DNA of 43,605 bases, taken from contig DASSPO010000132.1 of assembly GCA_035699585.1 (NCBI GenBank), positions 1-43,605 on the forward strand, written 5' to 3'. Numbering within the stretch: the first letter of the stretch is position 1; each line of letters opens with the position of its first letter. The DNA comes from Bauldia sp. (GTDB taxonomy: Bacteria > Pseudomonadota > Alphaproteobacteria > Rhizobiales > Kaistiaceae). This document shows, in pieces, positions 1 to 7,436 of the stretch. The notes below the pieces were generated by a model. The model was not told the origin of the DNA and did no database searches. It worked only from the letters and a program-made list of their open reading frames with translations. Made by a program: the position numbers and the translations under genes.

Positions 1-297
1 GAAGAAGGCGTATTCGGCATTGCCATTGGCGAGCTTGACGAAGGCGAGCGTGGTCGGCCGGCCGCTCATCAGGCAGAGCGAGGTGTCGACGTTGCTCGCG
101 TGCAGCGCCTTGAGGATCATCGCCCCGAAGAAGTCGGTGGAAAGACCGCAGAAGAAGCCGGCCGGCGCCCCGAGGCGGCCGAGGGCGACGGCGACGTTCA
201 ACACCGAACCGCCGACGAAGGGCTGAAAGGTGTCGGCGCCGTCGGCACCCTTCCTGGGCAGGAAATCGATCAGCGCCTCGCCGCAGCAAACGATCAT
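1..297 (-). CDS. PfkB-family carbohydrate kinase (fructokinase-like), N-terminal part; runs off the window edge
   Basis: Not in the ORF track; translated by hand from ATG at 297: MIVCCGEALIDFLPRKG...PFVGGSVLNVAVALGRLGAPAGFFCGLSTDFFG...RPTTLAFVKL. This contains the GEALID and GG-x2-NVAVALGRLG PfkB signatures. GGAGG SD upstream. Confidence 0.9.
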   Translation of the reverse strand, partial: MIVCCGEALIDFLPRKGADGADTFQPFVGGSVLNVAVALGRLGAPAGFFCGLSTDFFGAMILKALHASNVDTSLCLMSGRPTTLAFVKLANGNAEYAFF

Positions 298-488
298 TTG
301 ACCCGCTCCTCCCCGTGACCCGACGGCGGCGACCCGCCCGCGCCTTGGTATCGCGGGGGGCGGGCCGGCGTAAAGGCGGAAACCCGCACGGCCGGAAGCG
401 ATCGGCGGATCGGGGGGCGGACCGGCGGCGGCGCGACGGACCGACTCGGCCGGCGCGGGGAGAGGAAGAAGCCTTTACCCCGGACGCC

Positions 489-527
489 GAATCGTCTAGG
501 AATTTATTCGTTGAACCCGGGTGCAAC
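489..527 (+). promoter_or_regulatory. Two degenerate alphaproteobacterial LexA (SOS)-like boxes upstream of the nuclease
   Basis: GAAT-N7-GAAT at 489-503 and GAAC-N7-CAAC at 513-527, versus consensus GAAC-N7-GAAC; AT-rich patch just before ATG 531. Confidence 0.35.
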
Positions 528-530
528 AGG

Positions 531-998
531 ATGAGCCGTCGCCCCTCACGCCCCTGCCGTCTCGCCCTGGCCGCGGCGCTCTTCTCGACGTCGCCTCTCG
601 CCGCCGGCGCCGAGGTGATCGCCGGCCCGGTGCCGGCCGAGGTGATCCGCGTCGTCGATGGCGACACGCTCGCGCTCCGCGCCCGAGTCTGGATCGGACT
701 GGAGGTGACGGTCAACGCCCGCATCCGCGGCATCGACGCGCCGGAACGGAACGGCAAATGCGCGCGCGAGAAGGCGCTCGCCGAAACCGCGCGCCTCCGG
801 CTCGCCGCCGCCGCGGGCGACGGCAAGGTGCGGCTCACCCGGATCGAGAACGACAAATATGCCGGCCGCGTGATCGCCGACATCGTGACCGACGCCGGCA
901 CCGACCTCGCCGAGGCGATGCTCGCAAGCGGCCTCGTCCGCGCCTATGACGGCGGCACCCGGGACCCGTGGTGCGGCGTCGCCAGCCTCGACGGATAG
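531..998 (+). CDS. Thermonuclease (SNase-like) family protein, probably exported
   Basis: VIRVVDGDT, RIRGIDAPE and DKYAGRVIA motifs; N-terminal signal-like segment LALAAALFSTSPLAAGA. ATG 531 is preferred over the 315 start in the ORF track. Confidence 0.9.
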   Translation: MSRRPSRPCRLALAAALFSTSPLAAGAEVIAGPVPAEVIRVVDGDTLALRARVWIGLEVTVNARIRGIDAPERNGKCAREKALAETARLRLAAAAGDGKVRLTRIENDKYAGRVIADIVTDAGTDLAEAMLASGLVRAYDGGTRDPWCGVASLDG

Positions 999-999
999 T

Positions 1000-1028
1000 C
1001 GCGGGCGGCGGAGGACCCGCCGCCCGCG
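1000..1028. terminator. GC-rich hairpin between convergent genes (possible bidirectional terminator)
   Basis: Perfect 12-bp stem CGCGGGCGGCGG / CCGCCGCCCGCG with a 5-nt loop; no U-tract. Confidence 0.5.
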
Positions 1029-1037
1029 GGGATGAGA

Positions 1038-1970
1038 TCAGAGGTAGAAGTCGTGGTCGTGGAGGCTCTTCACGCCCGCGACCTTGACCACGAAGTCGGC
1101 GCGACCATCGCCGTCGGTGTCGCCACTGAGGAGATGCTTGTCGAAACGCAGCTCGCCGCTCCGGTGATGGAAGGCTTCATCGCCGATGAAGTCGAAGGCC
1201 TGGTCGCCGTTCTTGTTGAGGTTGGCATCCATCCAGTACAGGCCGATCGCGTCATGGTCGGCCTTGGAGAAGTCCTTGATCACGTCGCGGCCACGGCCCT
1301 TCTGACTTTCCCAGACGTAGTCGAATGCGAAGGTGTCCGCCCCGTCGCCTCCGTGATTCTTGTCGGCGCCGTGACCAGCGTAGAGCACGTCGTCCCCGGT
1401 ACCGCCGTATTGCTTGTCATTGCCGTCGCCGCCGACCAGAAGGTCGCTCCCGGCGTCGCCATACAGGCGGTCGTCCCCGTCGCCGCCGAAGAGGCCCGCC
1501 TGGACGGTGAAGGTTTCACCGGTTGACCAGAACGTGTGGGTCGGTGCGAAGATGGTTCCCCAGTCATCGCCGTCGCCGCCCCTGATCACGTCGTTGCCGT
1601 CCAGGCCGTAGAGGGCATCCTGGCCGGCGCCGCCCTCGATCAAGTCATTCCCGCTGGGATCGTAGGGCGTGATCTGGCCACCGGGATCGGGATAGTAGAA
1701 ATCGGCGCCGGCAATCACGTCGTTGCCCTCGTCGCCGTACAGGGCATCGTCGGGGTAGTGACCGATGATCGTGTCATTGCCGTCGCCGCCATGGATGTCC
1801 GCGGTCGACATGGCGTTCGTGGAATACATGAAGTCCATGCCGGCTCCCCCGTAAATGGAGACCGGCCCGGGCTGGTCGGAGACGAGGAAATCGTCCCCGC
1901 CGGCGCCGTGGAGAACGCTCCACCCGGTATTCTGGAAGTCGTTGATTTCCGTACCGAAAAAGGTGGCCAT
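1038..1970 (-). CDS. RTX/hemolysin-type calcium-binding repeat protein with serralysin-like C-terminal domain (likely T1SS substrate)
   Basis: More than ten GGxGxD-type nonapeptides; C-terminal DVIKDFS...DANLNKNGDQAFDFIG...GDTDGDGRADF...DFYL; no Sec signal; AGGAGG SD. Confidence 0.9.
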   Translation of the reverse strand: MATFFGTEINDFQNTGWSVLHGAGGDDFLVSDQPGPVSIYGGAGMDFMYSTNAMSTADIHGGDGNDTIIGHYPDDALYGDEGNDVIAGADFYYPDPGGQITPYDPSGNDLIEGGAGQDALYGLDGNDVIRGGDGDDWGTIFAPTHTFWSTGETFTVQAGLFGGDGDDRLYGDAGSDLLVGGDGNDKQYGGTGDDVLYAGHGADKNHGGDGADTFAFDYVWESQKGRGRDVIKDFSKADHDAIGLYWMDANLNKNGDQAFDFIGDEAFHHRSGELRFDKHLLSGDTDGDGRADFVVKVAGVKSLHDHDFYL

Positions 1971-2010
1971 TCGACCCTCCTTGAGGTGAAGTCACCGCTC
2001 ACCAACGTTT

Positions 2011-2073
2011 GTGAACATCGTTCATATATTCTATTGGTGAACGTAGTTCAAGAAATTATTGAACGATGTTCAC
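2011..2073. promoter_or_regulatory. Three palindromic TGAAC-N3-GTTCA boxes (putative operator array)
   Basis: TGAACATCGTTCA 2012-2024, TGAACGTAGTTCA 2038-2050, TGAACGATGTTCA 2060-2072. The outer copies form a perfect 14-bp inverted repeat; spacers are AT-rich. Confidence 0.6.
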
Positions 2074-2115
2074 GGACGACCGTTCCGCGCCGTGACCGAG
2101 CCTCTCAGGGGAGGC

Positions 2116-2143
2116 TTGACCGCGCCCCCGGACCGCTTAGTCT
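2116..2143 (+). promoter_or_regulatory. Putative sigma70 promoter of the thi operon
   Basis: TTGACC (2116-2121), 16 nt spacer, TAGTCT (2138-2143), immediately before the riboswitch. Confidence 0.5.
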
Positions 2144-2149
2144 CGGCGC

Positions 2150-2242
2150 CGGTGATACGGGGTGCTCGTCCCCAGCGGACGGGCTGAGATCACACCCGCC
2201 GAACCTGATCTGGGTAATGCCAGCGACAGGGAGCCGTCACCA
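2150..2242 (+). ncRNA. TPP riboswitch (THI element)
   Basis: GGGGTGC...GCTGAGAT-CACACCC...GAACCTGATCTGGGTAATGCCAGCG-AGGGA hallmark motifs, directly upstream of thiM. Confidence 0.97.
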
Positions 2243-2292
2243 GCCGGTCTCCGCCGGCCGTGGGCTCCCGCCAAAGGGAGCAAGCCGTGACC

Positions 2293-3081
2293 ATGCCCGA
2301 CCTTCGTGATGCAGTCGCCCGCCTCCGGACGCAGGCGCCGCTCGTCCACAACATCACCAACTACGTGGTGATGAACACGACGGCGAACGCGCTGCTCGCC
2401 ATCGGCGCTTCACCGGCGATGGTCCATGCGCTCCCGGAGGTCGAGGCCTTCGCACCGCTCGCACGGGCGCTGGTGATCAACATCGGCACGCTGTCGCCGC
2501 CCTGGGTCGAGGCGATGGAGAAAGCGGCGACCGCCGCGAAGCTTGCCGGAGTGCCCTTCATCCTCGACCCGGTGGCCGCCGGCGCCACCCGGTACCGCAC
2601 CGAGACGTCGCTCCGGCTCATCGCGCTCGGCCCGGCGATCGTCCGCGGCAACGCCTCCGAGATCCTGGCGCTCGCCGGCGAAACGGAGGCGGCCGGAAAG
2701 GGCGTCGACTCGACCCGCGGCTCGGAAGCGGCACGCGAAGCGGCGGCGGCTCTCGCGCGCCGGGCGAAATGCGTCGTCGCCGTGACCGGCGCGGTCGACT
2801 ACGTGACCGACGGCGAGCGAACGACCGGCATCGAGAACGGCGACCCGATGCTCCGCCGCGTGACCGGCACGGGCTGCATGGCGACGGCGCTCTGCGGCGC
2901 CTTCCTCGGCGCCGGCCTCGCACCCTTCGACGCCGCCGTGGCGGGGCTTGCGGCGATCGGCGTCGCGGCCGAGACGGCGATCATCGGAGCCAAAGGTCCC
3001 GGGAGTTTCCAGATCGCGCTGATCGACGCGCTTTTCGCCCTCGACGACGCGGCGCTCGCCGCCGGGATGCGGCTCCGGTGA
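2293..3081 (+). CDS. thiM: Hydroxyethylthiazole kinase
   Basis: PLVHNITNYVVMNTTANALLAIGASPAM, INIGTL, LDPVAAGAT, RGNASEI, VTGTGC. Start is ATG 2293 or GTG 2287, after a GGGAG SD. Confidence 0.96.
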   Translation: MPDLRDAVARLRTQAPLVHNITNYVVMNTTANALLAIGASPAMVHALPEVEAFAPLARALVINIGTLSPPWVEAMEKAATAAKLAGVPFILDPVAAGATRYRTETSLRLIALGPAIVRGNASEILALAGETEAAGKGVDSTRGSEAAREAAAALARRAKCVVAVTGAVDYVTDGERTTGIENGDPMLRRVTGTGCMATALCGAFLGAGLAPFDAAVAGLAAIGVAAETAIIGAKGPGSFQIALIDALFALDDAALAAGMRLR

Positions 3082-3815
3082 GACCCGGCTTCGACCTTCG
3101 CCTGATGCTCGTCACCGACGCGGCGATGACGGCGCGGCGCGGGCTGATCGCCACGGTCAAGGCGGCAGTCGCGGGCGGCGTGACCATCGTCCAGCTCCGC
3201 GACAAGCATGCCCATGACGACGATCTCGTCGCCCTCGCCCGCGCGCTTCGCGCCGAGCTCGCGCCACGCGGCGTGCCGCTCGTCGTCAACGACCGCCCCG
3301 GGGTGGCGCTCGCCGCCGGGGCCGACGGTGTCCACATCGGGCAGGACGACGGCGACCCGCGGCAGACGCGGCGGATCATCGGCCCGGACCGGCTGCTTGG
3401 GCTTTCGGTGACGAGGGCGGGAGAGACCGCGACGGCGGAAGCCGGGGTGGTCGACTATGTCGGACTCGGGCCGGTCTTCGCCTCGGCGACCAAGACGGAC
3501 GCCGCGCCGCCGCTCGGCCTCGACGGGCTCCGCGCCGCGGGCACCATGCTTTCGCTGCCGTTCGTGGCGATCGGCGGGATCGCGGCGGAGAACGCCGCGG
3601 CGGCGATCGGGGCGGGCGCGGCCGGAGTGGCGGTGGTGTCGGCGATCTGCGCGGCCGAGGACCCGCGAGCGGCGGCGGCGGCGCTGAGGCGGGCAGTGGA
3701 GACGAGGGCAGCGAGACTCGGACCATCGATGAAGGCGGCGCCGTCCGAGGTGAACTCCGGCGCTCGCCGGAATGACGGAACCGAGGGCGGAACGAAAGGG
3801 ACGCGGACGGCATGA
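3078..3815 (+). CDS. thiE: Thiamine-phosphate synthase, with a C-terminal extension
   Basis: VQLRDK, VVNDR, DGVHIGQDD, GPVFASATK, VAIGGI and AVVSAI motifs; GTGA overlap with the thiM stop. Confidence 0.95.
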   Translation: MRPGFDLRLMLVTDAAMTARRGLIATVKAAVAGGVTIVQLRDKHAHDDDLVALARALRAELAPRGVPLVVNDRPGVALAAGADGVHIGQDDGDPRQTRRIIGPDRLLGLSVTRAGETATAEAGVVDYVGLGPVFASATKTDAAPPLGLDGLRAAGTMLSLPFVAIGGIAAENAAAAIGAGAAGVAVVSAICAAEDPRAAAAALRRAVETRAARLGPSMKAAPSEVNSGARRNDGTEGGTKGTRTA

Positions 3816-4606
3816 CCATCCCCAATGTCCTCTCCATTGCCGGAGTCGATCCGAGCGGCGGTGCAGGGATCGCGGCGGACCTCAAGACCTTCGCCGCGCT
3901 CGGCGCCTATGGCATGGCGGCGGTCACCGCGGTGACGGTGCAGAACACCCAAGGCGTCCGCGGCTTCCGCCTGATGGAGCCGGCCTTCGTCGCCGATCAG
4001 ATCGAGGCGGTGTTCGACGACGTGCGGGTGGACGCGGTGAAGATCGGCATGGTGGGGAGCGCGGCCATCGCCGAGGCGATCGCCGGGGCGCTCCGCCGCC
4101 ACCGCGCGCGGCATATCGTGCTCGACCCGGTGATGATGGCGAAGGGCGGCGATGCACTCGTTGCGACCGACGCCGTTGCCGCGATCCGCGATCGGCTCGT
4201 GCCGCTCGCCGAGGTGATCACGCCCAACCTGCCGGAGGCGGGCGTGCTGCTCGGCGCAGAGACCCCGAGCGGTCTCGACGGGATGCGAGCCATGGCCCGC
4301 GACCTCCTCCGCCTGGGCGCAGCCTCGGCGCTCCTCAAGGGCGGCCATCTCGACGGACCGGACAGCACCGATGTCTATGCCGATGCGGACGGGACGGAGA
4401 CCTTGGCGGCGGCGCGCATCGCAACCAGGAACACTCACGGTACGGGATGCACGCTCTCTTCCGCCATCGCCGCCCTCCTCCCGCGTCACGTGCGCATCGC
4501 GGCGGTCCGGCGCGCCAAGGACTATGTGACGCGGGCGATCGCCGGCGCCGACCGGCTCGACGTAGGCAGCGGCCACGGTCCGCTCCACCATTTCCACGCC
4601 GCATGA
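3812..4606 (+). CDS. thiD: Hydroxymethylpyrimidine/phosphomethylpyrimidine kinase
   Basis: LSIAGVDPSGGAGIAADLKTF, VKIGM, LDPVM, ITPNLPEA, LLKGGH, NTHGTGCTLSSAIAA, GSGHGPLHHF; ATGA overlap with thiE. Confidence 0.97.
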   Translation: MTIPNVLSIAGVDPSGGAGIAADLKTFAALGAYGMAAVTAVTVQNTQGVRGFRLMEPAFVADQIEAVFDDVRVDAVKIGMVGSAAIAEAIAGALRRHRARHIVLDPVMMAKGGDALVATDAVAAIRDRLVPLAEVITPNLPEAGVLLGAETPSGLDGMRAMARDLLRLGAASALLKGGHLDGPDSTDVYADADGTETLAAARIATRNTHGTGCTLSSAIAALLPRHVRIAAVRRAKDYVTRAIAGADRLDVGSGHGPLHHFHAA

Positions 4607-4710
4607 GCTTGCGCGGCGACCGAACAAAGACGGCGCCGAGGGATTGACGCATTCCTCCCGAGGCGCGATGGCAAAAGCGTCGGAGCAGGAGCATCAAAGA
4701 GGGGGAGGAA

Positions 4711-5823
4711 ATGGCCGAGCGATTCCATACCATCACGGCGCCGGGCGTGAGCCTTACGCTCGACCTCGCGGTGGGCCACGTGCGCGCCTTCGAGATCGAG
4801 GCCGGCGGGCGGAAGCTCGCGCCGCTCCACACCGCGCCGTGGGTGAACGACCGGTCGATCACCGACGATCCGGAGATTCCGCCGAACCTCAAGTACCTCT
4901 CCGGAGACTTCTTCTGCGCGCCCTTTGCGGCGAGCGACGTCGAGACCGCGCCACCGCACGGCTGGCCGGCGAACGCGCCGTGGGAAGTGCTCGACGAGGA
5001 GAGCCGCGGCGACCGCGCCACCGCCCGCTACGTGCTGACCAAGCCGGTGATGGGGGCGCGGGTCACCAAGGAGATCACGCTCCGGGGCGGCCACCCCTTC
5101 GCCTACCAGCGCCACACCTTCGAGGGGGGCCGGGGCGCGGTGTCGGCGGCAAGCCACGCGATGACGCGCTTCTCGGGGAAGGGGCGGCTCTCCTTCTCGA
5201 AGAAGGCCTATGCCGACATCCCCGCGCTCGCCCAGGAGACCGACCCCAAGCGCGGGCGCTCGCTGTTCAAGTGCCCGGCGCGCTTCACCGACCTCGCCAA
5301 GCTGCCCTTGGCGGACGGCAGCTTCGTCGACCTCCGCGACTACCCCCTCGCCGACGGCCACGAGGATTTTCTCATGCTGGTCGAGGAAAAGGGCGCGACG
5401 CTCGGCTGGGCGGCGGCGCTTCGCCCCGGGGAGAGCGACATCGTGCTCAGCCTCAAGAACCCGGCAGACTACCCGGTGACCTTCCTGTGGTTCTCGAACG
5501 CCGGGCGCTACTACGCGCCGTGGAACGGCCGGCACAAGGGCGTGCTCGGCATCGAGGAAGGTCGCGCCTGGTCGGCCTACGGCCACAAGGCCTCGATCGA
5601 GGAGAACGAGCTGTCGCGCTCCGGGATCCCGACGAGCGTGACCCTGGGCGGCACGGTGTCGCTGTCCCACGTCGTGGGCGGCATTCCGCTCCCCGCCGGC
5701 TGGCGGGAGGTGGCGACCGTCCAGGCCGGGGACGGCGTGCTCCGCCTTACAGGCGACGACGGCACGGCGGTCGAGTATCCCTATGATCCGGGATTCGTCC
5801 GCATCGGGAGCAGTCAGCCATGA
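4711..5823 (+). CDS. Conserved hypothetical protein, probably galactose-mutarotase/aldose-epimerase-like fold
   Basis: 370 aa with strong GC3 bias and GGAGG SD; GDFFCAPF...PPHGWPAN.PW and VLGIEE segments resemble the mutarotase superfamily; ATGA overlap with the next gene. Confidence 0.6.
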   Translation: MAERFHTITAPGVSLTLDLAVGHVRAFEIEAGGRKLAPLHTAPWVNDRSITDDPEIPPNLKYLSGDFFCAPFAASDVETAPPHGWPANAPWEVLDEESRGDRATARYVLTKPVMGARVTKEITLRGGHPFAYQRHTFEGGRGAVSAASHAMTRFSGKGRLSFSKKAYADIPALAQETDPKRGRSLFKCPARFTDLAKLPLADGSFVDLRDYPLADGHEDFLMLVEEKGATLGWAAALRPGESDIVLSLKNPADYPVTFLWFSNAGRYYAPWNGRHKGVLGIEEGRAWSAYGHKASIEENELSRSGIPTSVTLGGTVSLSHVVGGIPLPAGWREVATVQAGDGVLRLTGDDGTAVEYPYDPGFVRIGSSQP

Positions 5824-7283
5824 ACATTTCGCCCTACGACAACCTTCTCGCCGGCGTACCGACCGAGCTTTACATCGGCGGCGCGTGGCGGCCGGCATCG
5901 GACGGGGCGCGGTTCGAGGTGATCGATCCGGGCACGGAGGCCTTCGTCGCAAGCGTCGCGAGCGGCAGCATCGAGGACGCGAGAGCGGCGGTCGACGCCG
6001 CGGCCGCGGCGGGTCCGGACTGGGCGGCGCGAAAGCCGCGCGAGCGCGGCGAGGTGCTCCGCAAGGCGTTCGAGCTGATCCTCAAGGACGGCGAACGCCT
6101 CGCCAAGCTGATGACGCTCGAGAACGGGAAGTCGCTGGCCGATTCCCGTGCCGAGGTCGCCTATGCCGCCGAATTCTTCCGCTGGAGCGCCGAGGAAGCG
6201 GTGAGGAACATCGGCCAGGTCTCGAAGGCGCCGTCGTCGGGGGCGCGGATCGTGGTCCAGCACAAGCCGGCCGGGGTTGCGGTGCTGGTGACGCCGTGGA
6301 ACTTCCCCGCGGCCATGGCGACCCGGAAGATCGGCCCGGCGCTCGCCGCCGGCTGCACGGTGGTGCTCAAGCCGGCGTCCGAGACACCCCTCACCGCGCT
6401 GGCGCTGATGCCGATCCTCACCGAGGCCGGCGTGCCGGCCGGGGCGGTCAACGTCCTCCCCTCGCGCCGCTCCGGCGCGGTGGTGGGCGAGATGCTCAAG
6501 GACATGCGCGTCCGCGTGATCTCCTTCACCGGCTCGACCGAGGTCGGGCGGAAGCTGATCCACGCCGCCGCCGATAACGTCGTCAAGCCGGTCATGGAGC
6601 TCGGCGGCAACGCGCCGTTCATCGTCTTCGACGACGCCGACGTCGACGCCGCCGTCGACGGCGCGATGATCGCCAAGATGCGCAACATGGGCGAGGCCTG
6701 CACCTCGGCCAACCGCTTCTACGTGCACGAGAAGGTGCACGACCGCTTCACCGAGAAGTTCGCGGCGCGGATGAAGGCGCTCAAGCTCGGCCACGGCCTC
6801 GAGGAAGGGGTGGCGGTCGGGCCGCTGGTCAATGCCGAGACGCGCGACAAGGTGGCCCGCCTGGTCGAGGACGCGGTGACGAAAGGGGCGAAGGTGGTGA
6901 CCGGCGGGGAGCGCCCCTCGGGCACGGGCTTCTACTACCCGCCGACGGTGTTGACGAACGTGCCGGACGATGCGGAGATGCTCGGCGAGGAGATCTTCGG
7001 GCCGGTCGCCCCGATCCAGACGTTTCGCGACGAGGACGAGGTGGTGGCGAAGGCGAACGCCACCGAGTACGGCCTGGTCGCCTATCTCTACACGGGCGAC
7101 CTTGCCCGCGGCCTCCGCGTCTCGGAGCGGCTCGATTTCGGCATGGTGGGGCTGAACCGCGGCATCGTCTCCGACCCGGCGGCGCCGTTCGGCGGCATGA
7201 AGCAGAGCGGCCTTGGCCGCGAGGGCGCCCACGAGGGGCTGATGGAGTTCCTCGAGACGCAGTACGTTTCGGTCAACTGGTAG
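5820..7283 (+). CDS. NAD(P)-dependent aldehyde dehydrogenase, succinate-semialdehyde dehydrogenase (GabD)-like
   Basis: TPWNFP, KPASETP, FTGSTEVG, MELGGNAP, RNMGEACTSAN (catalytic Cys), EEIFGPV, PFGGMKQSGLGREG. Confidence 0.92.
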   Translation: MNISPYDNLLAGVPTELYIGGAWRPASDGARFEVIDPGTEAFVASVASGSIEDARAAVDAAAAAGPDWAARKPRERGEVLRKAFELILKDGERLAKLMTLENGKSLADSRAEVAYAAEFFRWSAEEAVRNIGQVSKAPSSGARIVVQHKPAGVAVLVTPWNFPAAMATRKIGPALAAGCTVVLKPASETPLTALALMPILTEAGVPAGAVNVLPSRRSGAVVGEMLKDMRVRVISFTGSTEVGRKLIHAAADNVVKPVMELGGNAPFIVFDDADVDAAVDGAMIAKMRNMGEACTSANRFYVHEKVHDRFTEKFAARMKALKLGHGLEEGVAVGPLVNAETRDKVARLVEDAVTKGAKVVTGGERPSGTGFYYPPTVLTNVPDDAEMLGEEIFGPVAPIQTFRDEDEVVAKANATEYGLVAYLYTGDLARGLRVSERLDFGMVGLNRGIVSDPAAPFGGMKQSGLGREGAHEGLMEFLETQYVSVNW

Positions 7284-7403
7284 GGCGAGTCTTCAGGCCT
7301 CGCGCGGGCGGCAAACGACCGGGACCGCGCGGGAGACCGCCGACCCGAGGCAGGACGGGCCGTGGCCGCGAGGCACCCCCCTTTTCCGTCGTTTCGCGCT
7401 GTG

Positions 7404-7424
7404 TTATTTTACGAAGTAAAGAAA
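7404..7424. promoter_or_regulatory. Putative ROK-family (NagC/XylR-type) operator, probably autoregulatory
   Basis: AT-rich imperfect palindrome TTATTTTAC-GAA-GTAAAGAAA about 12 nt upstream of the ROK start, in otherwise very GC-rich DNA. Confidence 0.55.
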
Positions 7425-7436
7425 AAGGTCGTTGGG

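Noticed and set aside
20-318. Plus-strand ORFs 20..226 and 100..318
   Set aside because: Antisense shadows of the minus-strand PfkB kinase, which has clear family motifs.
315-530. N-terminal extension of the nuclease ORF
   Set aside because: Arg-rich low-complexity translation of intergenic DNA; the signal peptide begins at ATG 531.
2011-2073. Mini-CRISPR or LexA interpretation of the triple repeat
   Set aside because: Repeats are 13 bp with 9-13 nt spacers, there are no cas genes, and the geometry does not match known LexA boxes.
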